Shown: positions 38,455 to 51,552 of the stretch, in pieces
Layout: every line of letters starts with the position of its first letter
Numbering within the stretch: the first letter of the stretch is position 1
DNA from: Rhizodiscina lignyota
Taxonomy: Eukaryota
NCBI GenBank assembly: GCA_010015805.1
Contig: ML978127.1
Coordinates: 1,364,001 to 1,428,000 of the forward strand
Direction: 5' to 3'
DNA length: 64,000 nucleotides
The notes under the pieces: model-generated
Databases searched by the model: none
Told to the model about the DNA's origin: nothing
What the model saw: only the letters and a program-made list of their open reading frames with translations
Position numbers and translations under genes: made by a program

Positions 38455-41400
38455 CTAAGAGAGGTGGAAAGCACCCTGACCCTCCTTGATAGCGACATCG
38501 AGCTTCATGCGCATGGCGTCAAGAGTGCTGTAGTCTGGCAACTTGAGATAGTTGACACACGTCATGACCGAAGGGAGGTAGTCATCAGAGGTGTATGGAG
38601 GCTCGGATGGTTTGCACACGACAGTGAACATTGGGGTCAGCGCTTTGAAGCCTGCAGAACAATCAGTAAAGTATCGGATAGTCGTTTTAGTAAGGGTAAC
38701 GTACCTCCGATTGGCAGCTTTGGACTACCGGTGACGAATTGCAAGAAATTGCGGCGTTGCTGGGGGTCCATGTCGCTCATGACCGTGAGCAAGTTGCGGA
38801 CGCTCTTGCTGTCGAGGTTGAAGCCATGATCGGCCTTGATCGAGTCCATAAGAGCTGGAGGATGCGTTAGTAGATGACCTAAAAGATGCCACAGATTGTG
38901 AAACTTACTTTCCAACGACCAGTCCTCGTCCACGCGGCCAAACAGCATGACAAGCTCCTCCGGGGTGAATGCGCGCACAGCCGCGTATGGGAATACCAAA
39001 CCAAAGCCCTCCTTGAAGCTTTCAATCTGCTTCTTGACACCCTTGCCAAGCGTCATGTCGAGCACGGTATTAACGTACTCGCACACATTGTCCATGGTGA
39101 CGTTGACGTTCGCACCGTTCGGAACCAGCTCGACACTCGGATAGCCGGGGAGCGTAAAGTCAAGAGCCAAGTCCTCAACCTTAGCTCCATCGATTTCGAT
39201 ATCCTGGATGTCGCTAACTTTCTGTGCTGCTGAGAGCTTGGGATTCTCATCGATGCGCTTTTTGGCGGAAGCAAAGCGCTTCACAACCTTCAAGCTGTTG
39301 GCCAGGTCCGCATCGACGCTACGGACTGCACCGAGGCTGGGGGTAACGCCACCAGTAGCTTCAGTATTAGCAATCCGGAAGAAGGTCGGGTTGAAGCTGA
39401 CGTCGATGATACGGGAGTCGAGCATGCTACGAGCGACAAACTTGCCGAGGATGCGGAAGAGGTGCAGGATCTTCTTGCCATTCTCCGAAATCGCCTGATC
39501 ATCACTCATCGGGGCAGGGAAGAGACCACCTTTGCCAAAGGCGTAATCATCGGCGTCGTTGGAATCATTCTCACGCCAGAGCTTCAGCTTCTTCTTCGAG
39601 AACTCCTTGCTGACAGTGCTGTAGAACTCGAGTGTTGGGCCGAGACCTGTGCCAACTTCCTCAAAGTACTCGACTTCAAGAATAGAAGGCGATGAGCCGT
39701 ACAGCTCCATGACCTTGACAGCTGATTCAAGGATCCTCGTGCGCGAGATGCGAACCTTCTGTCTCTGAAGCCTACCCAAGAAAGGACGCTCATCGCGATG
39801 GCGGTGGCGAGAATCACCATTCGAATCCTGGGCATTCTGCCAACGCGTCATGCTCCTGCTATAGCCGAAGCTCGTGCTCTGGAGGAACAAGTGGCGCGTC
39901 TCGAAGGGGAACAAGAAAGGGTAGAAGCGTGCGAGATCCTCGCTCCAGCTTGGAAGGCAGTTGCTCGCGACAATCAACGGCTCCTCCATTTGGCGGTTAA
40001 GCTTGGCCGTCAGCTTGGTATTGACGAACTGCGAAAGTGGCTCTGCATTCAACTTGATTGTGGAATGATGATCGGTCAGGACGTCATCGATATTGGAGTT
40101 CAGGCCATGAAGAATGCTCAAGAGACGGAGAATTCCGGAAGTTGTTGGGTTCTTGTCGAGAGAGGCTGGCAGACCAGTCGTGGGTGAGAGTACTGTCTCC
40201 GGAGGTGGCGAAAGAGCGGATGACTCTGTTGGCGGAGGACCAGGCACTCGCTTAAACTTGATAGTGTGCACTGCTTGCCAAATGTTGCGTGCAGAGACCT
40301 CGCCAGGTTGAGTCGGGTTGAAGTGGACTGCTCGGTAGATAGTAGTCTCGTTGTTGATCGGCTGGTCATTGACGCTGAACTCGAGGTGCCAATCCTGTGG
40401 AACTGCCTGGATTGCGGCAGCATAGGACATCGCACGAGACGAAGCGGTTGGAGTGCTCAGAGCTTGTTGCGTTGGAGTCGGCTTAGATGAGCCTGGCTTG
40501 GATGCAGGAGCACCAGATAGAGGCGTTGCGATACGTGTACCGTCTTCTTTACGCGCCGTGACTTTGCCTGTAGGCGCGACCTCCATGTTGACAGCATCCG
40601 GGTCTGGCTCATCCTCGTCCATCTCATCTTCAAGATCGTCAACAATAGCATCCAGCGCTCCGTCGTCAAGACTATCGTCAGCATCAGTAAGTTTAGCCTC
40701 GTCCGCACACTCTAAGGTGTCTTCTGTCTCTTCAGCTGGTGGAGGCGGTGGAGGCAATGGAATATCTTTCTTCTCCTCACGCTTTCGCCTGGATGACTTC
40801 CGGGGTGTTTCCTGCTTCGTCTTAGGCGTCGAAGCGCTCTCTTGCTCCGACTTGGCAGGAGGTTTTGCTCGTGAGCCACGCTTTAGAATAGTCCGATCTG
40901 CGAGATCACCTGGAGCAGGCGCGAAAGGTGGTGGAATCGGCAAGCGGTGGCGGCCAGAGTCACCACGGCCACCAAATGCAGCGGCATACGCAGCCATCGC
41001 ACTCGCCATGTCTCCCCGTGACTTCGAACCACGAGGACGCTCGGCGAGGCTGATACGCGGGCGGAGATAGTCATCCAGGGCCTTGAAAGTCGCAATCGCA
41101 TGGATCGAAACCATTATGTTGCGATAGGTGACAGGAATTCCAGAGTCTTCATCAGCGTTCAGCTTAAGACGAAGTTGCTTCGCTAGCATGGATGCGGCAC
41201 TACCACGACCAGTGTCAAAGGAGTTTGAATGCACTGTGATGACTTCAAAGTGTTCTGCTCGGCTCAACATATCCTGCAACTTGTGCACGAGAATACTGAA
41301 AGGCGTGGAAGGCGATGCAGAAGTGGAGGTTCGCTGCTTAGTCTCTGTTCCTGGACCCATGAATGCTGCCAGAAAGGCGGATCGTGCATTGATGCTGGCC

Positions 41401-44222
41401 TGAGACGTTTCATCAGAGAATACGTCAAGGAGGATTTGGACGACGTCAGAGGTGAGAAGCTCGTAGCTCGTAACGCTGTCTAGAGCATCACCATCGAAGT
41501 ACCTAGCAAGACGCACGAACAGATCTCCATGCTCTCCCTGTGGATCTTCGAGATAGGATCGCCGAATCTCTTGAGCAAGCGTCTTTAGATCATCGAGTGT
41601 CGAAGCAGCCTTCTTCCTCATTGCCTTGCTCTCATCATTCTCATGCGCCTCGAGGAATTGCTTTGCCTGGAGAGTGATGAGGTCGTCAATGTCTGGCAGC
41701 TCAGGATTTGGCGCGAAACGAGGCTGGTCCCCTGAAGACGAAGAGTCAGAATCCGATTGGTCGCGACCATGAGAATTCTCGTCGTTCTCATCATTGTCGT
41801 CATCTGAGCCGTCCTCATCGTCGTCATCATCCAAGTCGTCGATGACAACGTCCTGATCCATGTCGTGGTCTTCAGCAGAGCTGTTGGTGTCTCGGCCAGT
41901 GCTATGGGGTCTAGCAGACTCAATCGTTACAACTTTGGATGCCTTGGATTTGCTCGGCTTTTCTTCAAGCTGCTTGCATGGACGATCCGCAAGCTTTCGA
42001 ATTTCGGAGATCACACCTTCACGATAGAATTGATAGCGATAGATGGACTCCAATCGTTTGAGCAGAAGCTCAGCAGCCTGGAGAGCAAACGTGACTAAGG
42101 TAGGATGATCTTGCTGAGAGAGAATTGATGCGAGATACGAGGCGTAGGGCACCGTTCGGAGAGCATCCTCAAGGATATCGACGTCGAGGTTGCTAAGCAT
42201 CTTGAGCTGAGCGGTGAGAACCTTTTGACGAACGTTAAGATTGACCGTTGAAGAATAGGCATCTGTAAGAGTGGGAAGAAGAATGATGGCGAAGCGCTTG
42301 ACCTCTTCCCGGCACTCCTTGAGCAGCTCGACTTTCTTCTCGTTCGGCATCTTGTGTGTTCGGCTCACGAGAGCCAAATAATCGGGGCCTGGATAGCCAG
42401 CGTCAAGAATGTTGTCGAGGTACGTCAACCCATCACGCTGAACGCTGGGAAGCAGCTCACAGATCACATTGAGTGTCTCGAAGATCTGCTCCCGTGGGCG
42501 ATGAATGAGCGCCTGCATGATGACCACACTGTCAATCTTGTTTGCAATATCCTCGTCACCGCTTGGAGGAGACACGCCAGTTAAGATCTGGTAGAGAGTG
42601 TCGACAACGTCCATCTTGAAGAGTTCAACAGTGAGCTTAGGACTCGCACGAGCGATGATCGAGAGCACACGTAGGAACTGAGTGTGGATGTTTGGCCCGA
42701 TGAGATTCGTTGTGCCAGGAAGCAAGAGGCGTAAGATGGCCCGCAGCATGTCAGCGTTGATAAGGTCCTCGATCTTGTCGTCCTGATACTTGAAGCTCTC
42801 GACGATACGAGAAACGCATAGGCAACCTTGCTCGAGAACTTTCTGGTCGGCGTTGCTAAGCACATTCAGTAGTATTGGCATGACCTCGCGCACAACAGGA
42901 AACGAGTCATCGGGAATATTCCGACAGCAGTTTGCTGCGGTTGTGACTGCGGTACGCTGTGTGCTTGTGTGGAAGAAGTCGAGGTAGTTCAGACAAGCCG
43001 TGAGACCACCTTCACGAACAATGGAGCCAGGGAATTCGACGGAAATTTTCTCAAGGGTGCTTAGAGCCTGCTCCGCAAGATCGATGAAGTCAATTTCGAG
43101 AAGCTTCTGGCAAAGAATCGGTACCGCTCCACCGTAGACAACGTTTGCTGTAGATGCAGGAAGGGCCTCCATGAGATTGGCGAGGCATCGGCAAGCGAGG
43201 AGCATGATCTCTGGGTTTCCACCGCCGAAGTCGTTACCTTGCATCAATGACACAAGCTCCTTGACATACTGGTCTGGATGGAAGTGACCAGTCAGGTTGT
43301 CCTCATTCGAAACTAGAAGAACTTCAGAAAGCTCTTGAAGAGCAATTAGCTGCACTGAAGGATCGTCTTTCTGTTTCAGATTCTCGAGGATGTTGCGTAG
43401 GCGGCTCGAAACACCAGTCATCATGCCAGTGAGCGCTCTCAATGTGGAGGACATGGAGCCCAAGGGGCCACCGTGTGCGTGACGGCCAAGATAGCCACCA
43501 CTGAATGGACCTTCATCATCGTCGTCATCTTCATCAGCCGGAGGATATCGTGGTGCACTCTCTCCGTCATCGTCGTCATCATCCAAGTTCAAGCGTCCGT
43601 GACTGTGCTCCCGATTGCTCGGATCGCCACCCTCTTCCTTGACCGGAGTGTCATCCTCATGCTTTGTACCTTTCCTTGTGCGGCGCGATGAGGTCGAACG
43701 AGAGTGTGAATGAGGAGTGTCATCTGAACGCGTTAGATCTCGCTTGAATTTTCGGACGAAGGACGCACCTGAAGAGCTCTTCTTGCTCTTCTGCTTCTTG
43801 CGTGACGCTGGGGCAGTTGAAGCGAGTGGACCGTGGGCAGAGGTTTCATCAGAGATGTCTCCCGACGGACTAGTATCATTAGCATGGCTGGTGGCCACAC
43901 CAGTATCGTCGTCATACCCAGCACTTGACATTGCCGCAGTGACTTTGTTCTTTCCTCGTCGACGCGAGGAAGCCGGTGCAAGATCGGTAGATGGTGGGGC
44001 AGGAGGTGGCGGAGCGTCGAACTTTGTGCGTTTGGCTCGTTGACGCGGGGGGACTTCAGGTGTTGGCGGAGACTGCTCTGGACTTGGCTCTCTAGCCTTG
44101 CGTTTGCGGTTATGGGGTGGCGGAGTAGGAGGTGGAGGAGGTATATCTGGCGGGACCGTCGTGTTTGAGGTCGACTGGCCTGCAGAGATCCTCGCAGTCG
44201 AGCGAGTTACTCTTCGCGACAT
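38455..44222 (-). CDS. UFD4: HECT E3 ubiquitin ligase Ufd4/TRIP12
   Basis: ARM-repeat region ([23 protein letters not shown]), [34 protein letters not shown], and catalytic [20 protein letters not shown]. Introns 43870-43917, 43724-43768, 38855-38908 and 38652-38704. Confidence 0.93.
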
Positions 44223-45623
44223 TAGAGACTGTGATATGTGAAATAATGTGTGATGCAAGTGCGAAGTGCGGGTTGAGAAACGAACAGTGTGGGAGGTCGA
44301 GGTTGGAGCTTTGGAAAGAATGGGCAGTGAGTTCTGATGCTTGTTTGATGTGTGCAGTGTGGGTTGTTTGGTGGAGGAGGAAGAGGCAGAAAAGAGGACT
44401 GAAGTAGGCGAGCTGCAGGGTGGTTTGTGCGTGGTGTCGGCGTACCTTTGGGAAGGTGTTGAGTTGTGTCGAGAGAAGGCGTTTGCAGACATTCCCCCGC
44501 GGCAGCTGCACAGCACGTCACCACGAGAGCGCCATCAGCGCCTGCCTGAGGTCTCTAGCAAGTGCTGTGGAGAGGAGACGCAAGAGCGATGCTGCGGAGG
44601 CGATGACGGTGTCTGCGTCTCTGCTGCTGCACCATTCACTCGCGCTGTCGGGGTGAGCGCCTCGACGTACAGCGGAGGTACGAGGAGGGGGTACTTCAGG
44701 CGGGCCCGTTCGAGTGGAGCGGGAGATGCAGGACTACACGCTTCGCACTTCACAGGACGAGAGTCGACGGTGTTGCAGACGTTGCGACGGGCTCTATCCG
44801 CGCGCCTCTGCTTGAGGGGGAGTGTACTGGCAGGTGAGGTTGAAGTAGAGAGCTTTTGGAGCCGCGCCGCCAGCTCATGGCAAAAGTCACCAGTGTACCG
44901 CTCGTTACAAAGCCTCGCGACCACGATTAATCACGGCACTGCCCCTACGCTGGCCATCGTTCAGCGCAGAGATAGCCGAGAATGAGGAGCTGTCGGAATT
45001 AATCTCTCCAATTACGCCCAGTCCAGCGGCTTGCAGATCGAATCGCCTATTAATTCGTCGTCGTACCGCATATATATCGCCGTGACGCTGCTCCAACCAC
45101 CAGCGCAGAAGCGCCAATGGCGTAGTTCCGCATTCGTCTGACTTTACCACTGCGCAGATACAAGCCAGACCTTGCATGCCTTTTCTTTTGGCCCTGCCTT
45201 TGGACACGTGCCCTGCATAGGAGGTACAATCACTTACGACATCTCACCTCCTAAGAGTTCGGAGCCATCCGCGCCGCTGCCAGCTGCTGGTGCCGAATCT
45301 TTCAACTCCCTCTCCACACACGCCGCTATATTACAAACATACCGGCCGGCGCCCTCCTCAATTGACTCACTCACCCTCCCTCAACCCATCTTCCAAAGTC
45401 TCCTTTAAAGGAGACACCGCCTTGAGTGTGAGGCACCCAGCCTCACGCAGACAAATCCGTCTCTCAGCGGTCTCGCCCCAGCCCCGCCAATCACCCCGCG
45501 AATTTGCTCTCTAAGCTCCCACAACTCCCGCAAAACATTTCCATCGACCCGAAAGAGCCTTTCTTCCCATCTGCTCGCTCTCTTGAGACTCCTCCTAGAC
45601 ATCTCGAGACACTCCACCCAGCA

Positions 45624-45857
45624 CTGGCAGCGTTCAAGACACCAATCCGGTGTTTGCGCCGCGGTATCTCCGACACGACCGCGGTGACTGGTTTGGCAAG
45701 GCAGAAACGTCAGATATTTGTTTTAGGAGGCACGCGCCTAAGACAGACCACATTTCAACGGAAAGAGGACACTTGGAACGTTGCACAGCGATATATCGGC
45801 TCTTATCCTCCTCCATCCTCCGGCATCGATCCCAATTCCTCATACGCACCTCTCACA
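45624..45857 (+). CDS. Putative CUG-initiated 78-aa N-terminal extension of NMNAT (mitochondrial presequence-like)
   Basis: In-frame, stop-free and AUG-free. CTG lies in the context gcaCTGg and gives MAAFKTPIRCLRRGIS... Confidence 0.55.
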
Positions 45858-46870
45858 ATGGACAAGACTCAACAACCCCCTGGCTACACATTTCCCGACC
45901 GCAAGCTGAAGAGGAAACTCTCAAGCCCTACGAGGATACCACTTGTCTTGGTAGCATGCGGCAGGTATGGTTTACACCATCAATTGACATGCTCATTTGC
46001 TTTCCTTCTGGACTTGAGACACTAACATGCTTATCTACGACAGTTTCTCCCCCATCACCTACCTCCACATGCGCCTCTTCGAAGTCGCTCGCGACTGGAC
46101 GAAATTCAACACCGACTATGAAGTCGTCGGCTGCTTCCTCTCACCCGTCGGCGACAAGTACGTCAAGGCCGGCCTGGCCAGCGCTCCACACCGATTAAAC
46201 ATGTGTGAGCTAGCAACCCGCGACTCAGAGATGATCGACGTGGATCCGTGGGAGGCCTACATGAAGGAGTACCAGCCCACAGCTATTGTGCTAGATCATT
46301 TCGACTACGAGATAAACGAGAAGATTGGTGGCATCGAGACGGGCGAGGGGCAGCAGAAGGCCAAGGCAAGGATAGCGCTGCTCGCGGGCGCGGATTTGAT
46401 CCAGACGTTCTCTGCTCCGGGGGTCTGGTCGGAGAAGGATTTGGATCATATCTTGAATAATTATAAGATATTTGCTGTTGAGCGGTAAGTTGGTTCACCG
46501 GCAGATGCACGTGCTCCAGTTTGGCTAACCATGATTCGCAGGGCGGGTACGGACATTGATGATGCCCTCGCGACACTTGGCCAGAAGTTCAAGGACAACA
46601 TTTACGTTGTGCACCAACTGATTCAGAACGACGTGTCGTCAACGAAGATCAGACTGTTTTTGAAGCGAGACATGAGCGTGCGATATCTGATTCCTCAGCC
46701 TGTCATACAGTACATCGACGGTAAGCCATCGACAACTTCATCATTGCGAGCTGCACACTGATCGATTCTTAGAGCATGGCTTGTACGGCGACGACGGCAC
46801 CAGCTCCGTGCACGACAAGGAGAAAGGCAAGGCCATAGAACCGGCCAGCAGCTCCAGCAACGGGCCCTGA
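45858..46870 (+). CDS. NMA1: Nicotinamide/nicotinate mononucleotide adenylyltransferase (NMNAT; Nma1/Nma2 family), AUG-initiated form
   Basis: Exons 45858-45964, 46044-46484, 46542-46720 and 46773-46870. Motifs LVACGSFSPITYLH, SPVGDKY, LLAGADL and NDVSSTKIRLFL. Confidence 0.92.
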
Positions 46871-47289
46871 CGCACGGACTAAATGTCGAGAACGGCGAGT
46901 TCAATGTAGACACGCCTCACTTGGATAGAGTAGAGAGCCGAGCTGTACCAAATCACTTGGCTTCGAGATACCCGCAGGACACCCGGCATGAAGGGTGCTT
47001 TAGAACGTGTGCGGAGGCGGCATCCCATGACAGCAGCGCAATCCTGCGCAGATCTCACGATCTCACGATCTTTTGACCATGTATTTATTAGCATACGGCA
47101 GGCGTAGCGCTTGCTTTAAGATAATTCATTGGCATCCAATTATTCCTGGAGCCGGTTCAAGCTATGCCATTGAAGCTCTGCGACGCGAAATGGGTATATT
47201 CGTAGCTTACCAGCAAATCTTCAAGCGAGTACAAATTTCAAGCATGCCGATCGTCAGTCCAAGCATCCTCACAGCCAGGATCGCCTTTC

Positions 47290-49659
47290 TCATAGCCCAT
47301 ATTTCTCCCATATGAAATCGATGAGATCTAGATCCGGGATATTGCCGGCCAAACAGTCTGGTACCTCAACTTCAAAGTCGGTCTCACTCTGCTTTGCAAT
47401 TGACCGTTGCAAGTAGTCGACCTCTCGCAGAATCTCATGGACTTTGAACTCTCTGAGCGGGCCGGAGACCGTCAGGCGCCCTTGCCTATACACCCCACAG
47501 TAGTCTCTGAAGATGTCACAGAAGATGGTTTTTCGTCCTGTAAAGCACGAATCAGCCAACCATCGGCTTTCTAAGTATAAAGAGCAGAGGAGAAAACGCA
47601 CCTTCGAAGCGCTGCAGCCCTTCCATCAACGCGCTGCGCTGCTGTACACTCCACTCTCTCATATCCTTACCCAGCGCATCCTTCCTTGCCTCGAATGCGT
47701 CGACTCGCTCAAACTCCATCCCATTCGCGTCTCTCTCCTTCCTCATCGGCTCCCGTCTTGCAAACATAGCACTTGATTCCAGAAACTCGCTTCTGTTCGA
47801 GCAGGGCACACCAAGGTACTTCTTCCGCTCATTGTACGGCTCCGCCTCCACCCGCGCAAGAAACAAGCGGCTGAGGCGTTTCTGCTGCTCGTACATCCGA
47901 TCCAGCTTTTCTCTCTCCAGCCTTTCTTCCGCTTCTTGTCGCCTCTGCCTTGCTTGCTGCTGCTTCACTCTCCTCTTCTCCTCTGCCGCTTTCTGCAGAC
48001 GAGTGGCCTCACGCTTCAGAGCATCGGACACTTTCCGCAAGGGCGAGATCACGTTGTTGACAATTGGTTTCACGATGCCGTCGTTGGCGTCTGGCTTCGT
48101 CTTCCAACCGTTCTTCCCTATAGCACGTCCACGGAGACTAATTATGACATCTGCAATTGCTGCGACCGCTTCCAAAGCCTCTTCATCGATGCCGCCGTGC
48201 GCGGGACTCTCCGCATAGTTGCAGTATGCCCACAGCACGAAGACCAGGCTTGGGAAAGCTGCAGTGTAGATATCATGGATGGCTTCCTTTGGCTTCTTAT
48301 CCGTGTCTGGGTTTAGCCTCGATGCCAATCTGCGCATATCTGAAAGACCTGCTTCAACAGCGTCTCGGGCGGCCTCGAACTCCTCTTGGTCTGTAGGGGT
48401 TTCGATGAGTATTTCGATCTGTGACTTGACCTCTTTGCACTTGAAGTACAAGTCTTTCACTTGTTTGGTCGTGGGTTTCCCCCGGTATGGCGGTTTGCTG
48501 ACAACCTTTTTGATCTTGGCGATTATTTTGTATTGGCCGCATAGCTTCTTAGCATCTCCTAGATATATCACACCTTCCTCTCCAGAGAGTTCGTCCATGC
48601 CCTCCTCTTCCTCCTCGTCATCGTCGTCATGGTCTTCGTCAGCCGCAGCCTCGGCTTCCTCCTCCTCCTCCTCCTCCTCCTCCTCCTCGTCGAGACCCTC
48701 AGCTTGCTGAATGAATAATTCGTCTTCTTCACTCTGCTTCTTGGCATCCTTCGTCGGTCTACCTCTAGGGCGCTTCTGGTTCGCGGCTGTTGCACGTTTA
48801 GCCTCCGCAGCCGCTCTTTGCTGTGCTGCCTTCTCTGCCGCTCTTTGCTCCACTCTATCTGCCCTGACAGTTGCTGGCGCCTTCCGAGGCGACTCGCGCG
48901 TGCCTTTCGTCGCCCCACGGACTGGTGCTTTCTTCACCGCTTCATCCTTGCGCGGTCGGCCAGGTCCTCTGCGCGTTGGCGTCTCACCAGCAGGCTCCTG
49001 TATATGCTGATTCTGTTTTTGTGCTGCAGTACTGTCCTCCTGTTCCGTTGTAGGCGGTTGTTTTGAACGGTTCGTAGCACCGTGCAAGTTTGTAGAACCA
49101 GTTTTCATCCGCTTTGCACCACTCATGATGGCTCTCTGCTCCTCTGTAAGTGGCCCCGATCGTTTCCTAAGCTTGCCCTCGACTTTCGGTTCTGCTGGCG
49201 CGAACCCAGCTTGTCGTGGTGCCGTCGGAGAGTGGTGTGGAGAGGATCGCCTCCGCTGTGTAGCTGCTACGACATTATTAATGTGGTCCTCTTTTAGTAT
49301 TGCAGCCCCCATCGTCGATATCAGGCTACCACCACTCAGCAGCTCTTCCCGGAGTTGACGCGATGGTGCATCTTCTGCAGGGGTTTTGGGGCGACGCTGG
49401 CGGGTCGAGGGTGGTCGTTGCTCGTAGTAGTCATTGATGGCTAGCACACGCCGCTCAATTAAGCAATGGCATAGCTTTGAAAGAGAAATTGCAACTCACA
49501 AGGTATGGGTTCAGGCGCAGTCTCGTGTGGGTCTGGTAAGTCGCTTCCATGAAGCAGAACTCGCGCCTCCTCCCCACTGCCGTCCTCTTCGTCGTATTCG
49601 TACACCTCTTCAAGCTCATCTGACTCCTCGTGCTCTTGAGTCATATCAACTCTCGCCAT
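47290..49659 (-). CDS. Uncharacterised nuclear protein with two AT-hooks, an acidic tract, a coiled coil and a possible Myb/SANT-like C-terminus
   Basis: Exons 49659-49500, 49440-47602 and 47537-47290. Motifs RRGPGRPRK and KRPRGRPTK, poly-Glu, and WSVQQRSALMEGL..F.G. Confidence 0.75.
48657..48688. repeat. (TCC)10 coding microsatellite encoding poly-Glu
   Basis: Perfect trinucleotide repeat read directly from the sequence. Confidence 0.9.
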
Positions 49660-49862
49660 TTTCCCATCATCGTGTGTAGACTGAGGATGGTGAAAGCCAA
49701 TGGCTTTGGGATGTGAGGCGCCGACGTTGGCAGGGAGATGTACGTGGCGGTGGCTGAAAGCTTGGCGCGACAGCTAAAACACGGTGTCACGGGATTCCCA
49801 TAAAGACTCGATTGTTTGCCATCGCCGACATCGATTTTACGTCTGCGAATCCACCCACGATA

Positions 49863-51552
49863 ATGTCGTCGCAATCAGGATATCGTACTCTTCACAAATT
49901 AGATCCTTTAGGTCCGCACACCTTCTCCACGCCCTCAAAATGTATCAACGATGGCGAGCAGGACGTCCCTTTCTTTCATACATCGATGGCATACATCGAT
50001 ATAACGACCTTTCTCCTCCAACTCAACATCTCCATGTTTCCGCAAAAGTCCCCAGATAATAGTACACCAATCACGTTTCCTCTAAACAGCTCATCAGTCA
50101 GTCTCTCACCAACTGTTCGAAATCTTCAATCTTTACTCTCAAACCTCGCATCAATAATCGACGAAATCCCGCCCGACCCCGGTCCCAGGCGTTTTGGCAA
50201 TATTTCCTTCCGGCGATGGCATGATAAAGTGGCCGAGCGATCGCCAGCTTTATTGAACGAGTACCTACCTTCGGCAGTACTGGATTTCCCGGCTGATCCC
50301 AGCTCTGGTGTCCTCGCACGTGATGAGTTGCAGAGGTACTTCTTGGGGAGCTTGGGAAGTCCGCAGAGACTAGACTATGGGACGGGACATGAGTTGAGCT
50401 TTTTGGCTTTCTTGGGAGGCATCTGGAAACTCGGTGGTTTCGAGAACGCGGAACCAGGGGTGGAGCAAAGGGGCATCGTTATCGGTGTGATTGAACCGTA
50501 TATTTGCTCTGCTGAAGTGTATGGAATTGTGGCTAACGTTGGATAGATATCTTCGTCTAATACGTCGGTTGATAGTAGCGTATACTCTCGAACCCGCTGG
50601 CTCACATGGAGTGTGGGGACTGGACGATCACTTCTTCCTGCCGTACATCTTCGGCTCCGCACAGCTCGCACCTCCAATTCCCCAATTATCGTCCGATTTC
50701 AAGGCTGAGCAACTTCCACAAGAGGGCTCGCTGCCGGGCGCACCAGCCGTGAGCGATGTCACGAAGCAGGAGGCTGTCCAACGAGAGCGAGAAAAGAACA
50801 TGTACTTTAGCGCCATCGGGTTCATCTACGATGTTAAGAAGGGCCCATTCTGGGAGCATAGCCCGATCCTGTACGATGTGTCCGGTATAACAACGGGTTG
50901 GGCAAAAGTCAACAAGGGCATGCTGAAGATGTACAATGTCGAAGTGCTCTCTAAGTTTCCGGTCGTCCAGCACTTCCCATTTGGCTCACTGTTCCGCTGG
51001 GAGAGAGATCCAAATGCGCCGGAGCCTGCTTCATCCGTCCATAACACTAGCCAACCTACACGCACACCAGCAACAACCGCACTGGGCACACAGTTACACC
51101 AAGCACATGTGAGATCCAGGCAACCGGCAGGTCGTGCCGCGGTCGATCCGTACGCACATCCAGCGGCAACCAGGTCGAGAGCAGCACCGATGCGAACACC
51201 ACAAAATTTCCGGACTCCGGGTTACGGTCAGCAGGCGAGGATGGAGAGTGCTGCGCGCATTCAGCAAGAGCTCCCCATACAGAGGATGGCTGTACCTGAT
51301 GTGAATCCGATGGGAGGGACACAAGCACCTTGGGCGACGACGATCAATCCATACGCTCAGATGGCTCAACAGCCGCCGATGGCTAGTGTTCCATATATAC
51401 GTCAGGAATACCCAACACAAGCACCTCGGACGGCACAGCAAGGCACAACGTTAGATGCACGGGTGCTTTGGACAAATTCAAACTCAAGTAAAGGCAAGCC
51501 AGCGGATGGTGGAGGGATGCCGCCGACGAGAGCTCCGTTACCCGAGAGATGA
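49863..51552 (+). CDS. RRD1: PP2A phosphatase activator / PTPA peptidyl-prolyl isomerase
   Basis: Motifs [48 protein letters not shown] and [12 protein letters not shown]. Intron 50498-50546. Confidence 0.92.

Noticed and set aside
44223..44516. In-frame open region upstream of the UFD4 ATG
   Set aside because: Low-complexity C/A-rich leader with no recognisable targeting signal. MSRRVTRS is a plausible start, although an upstream in-frame ATG is not excluded.
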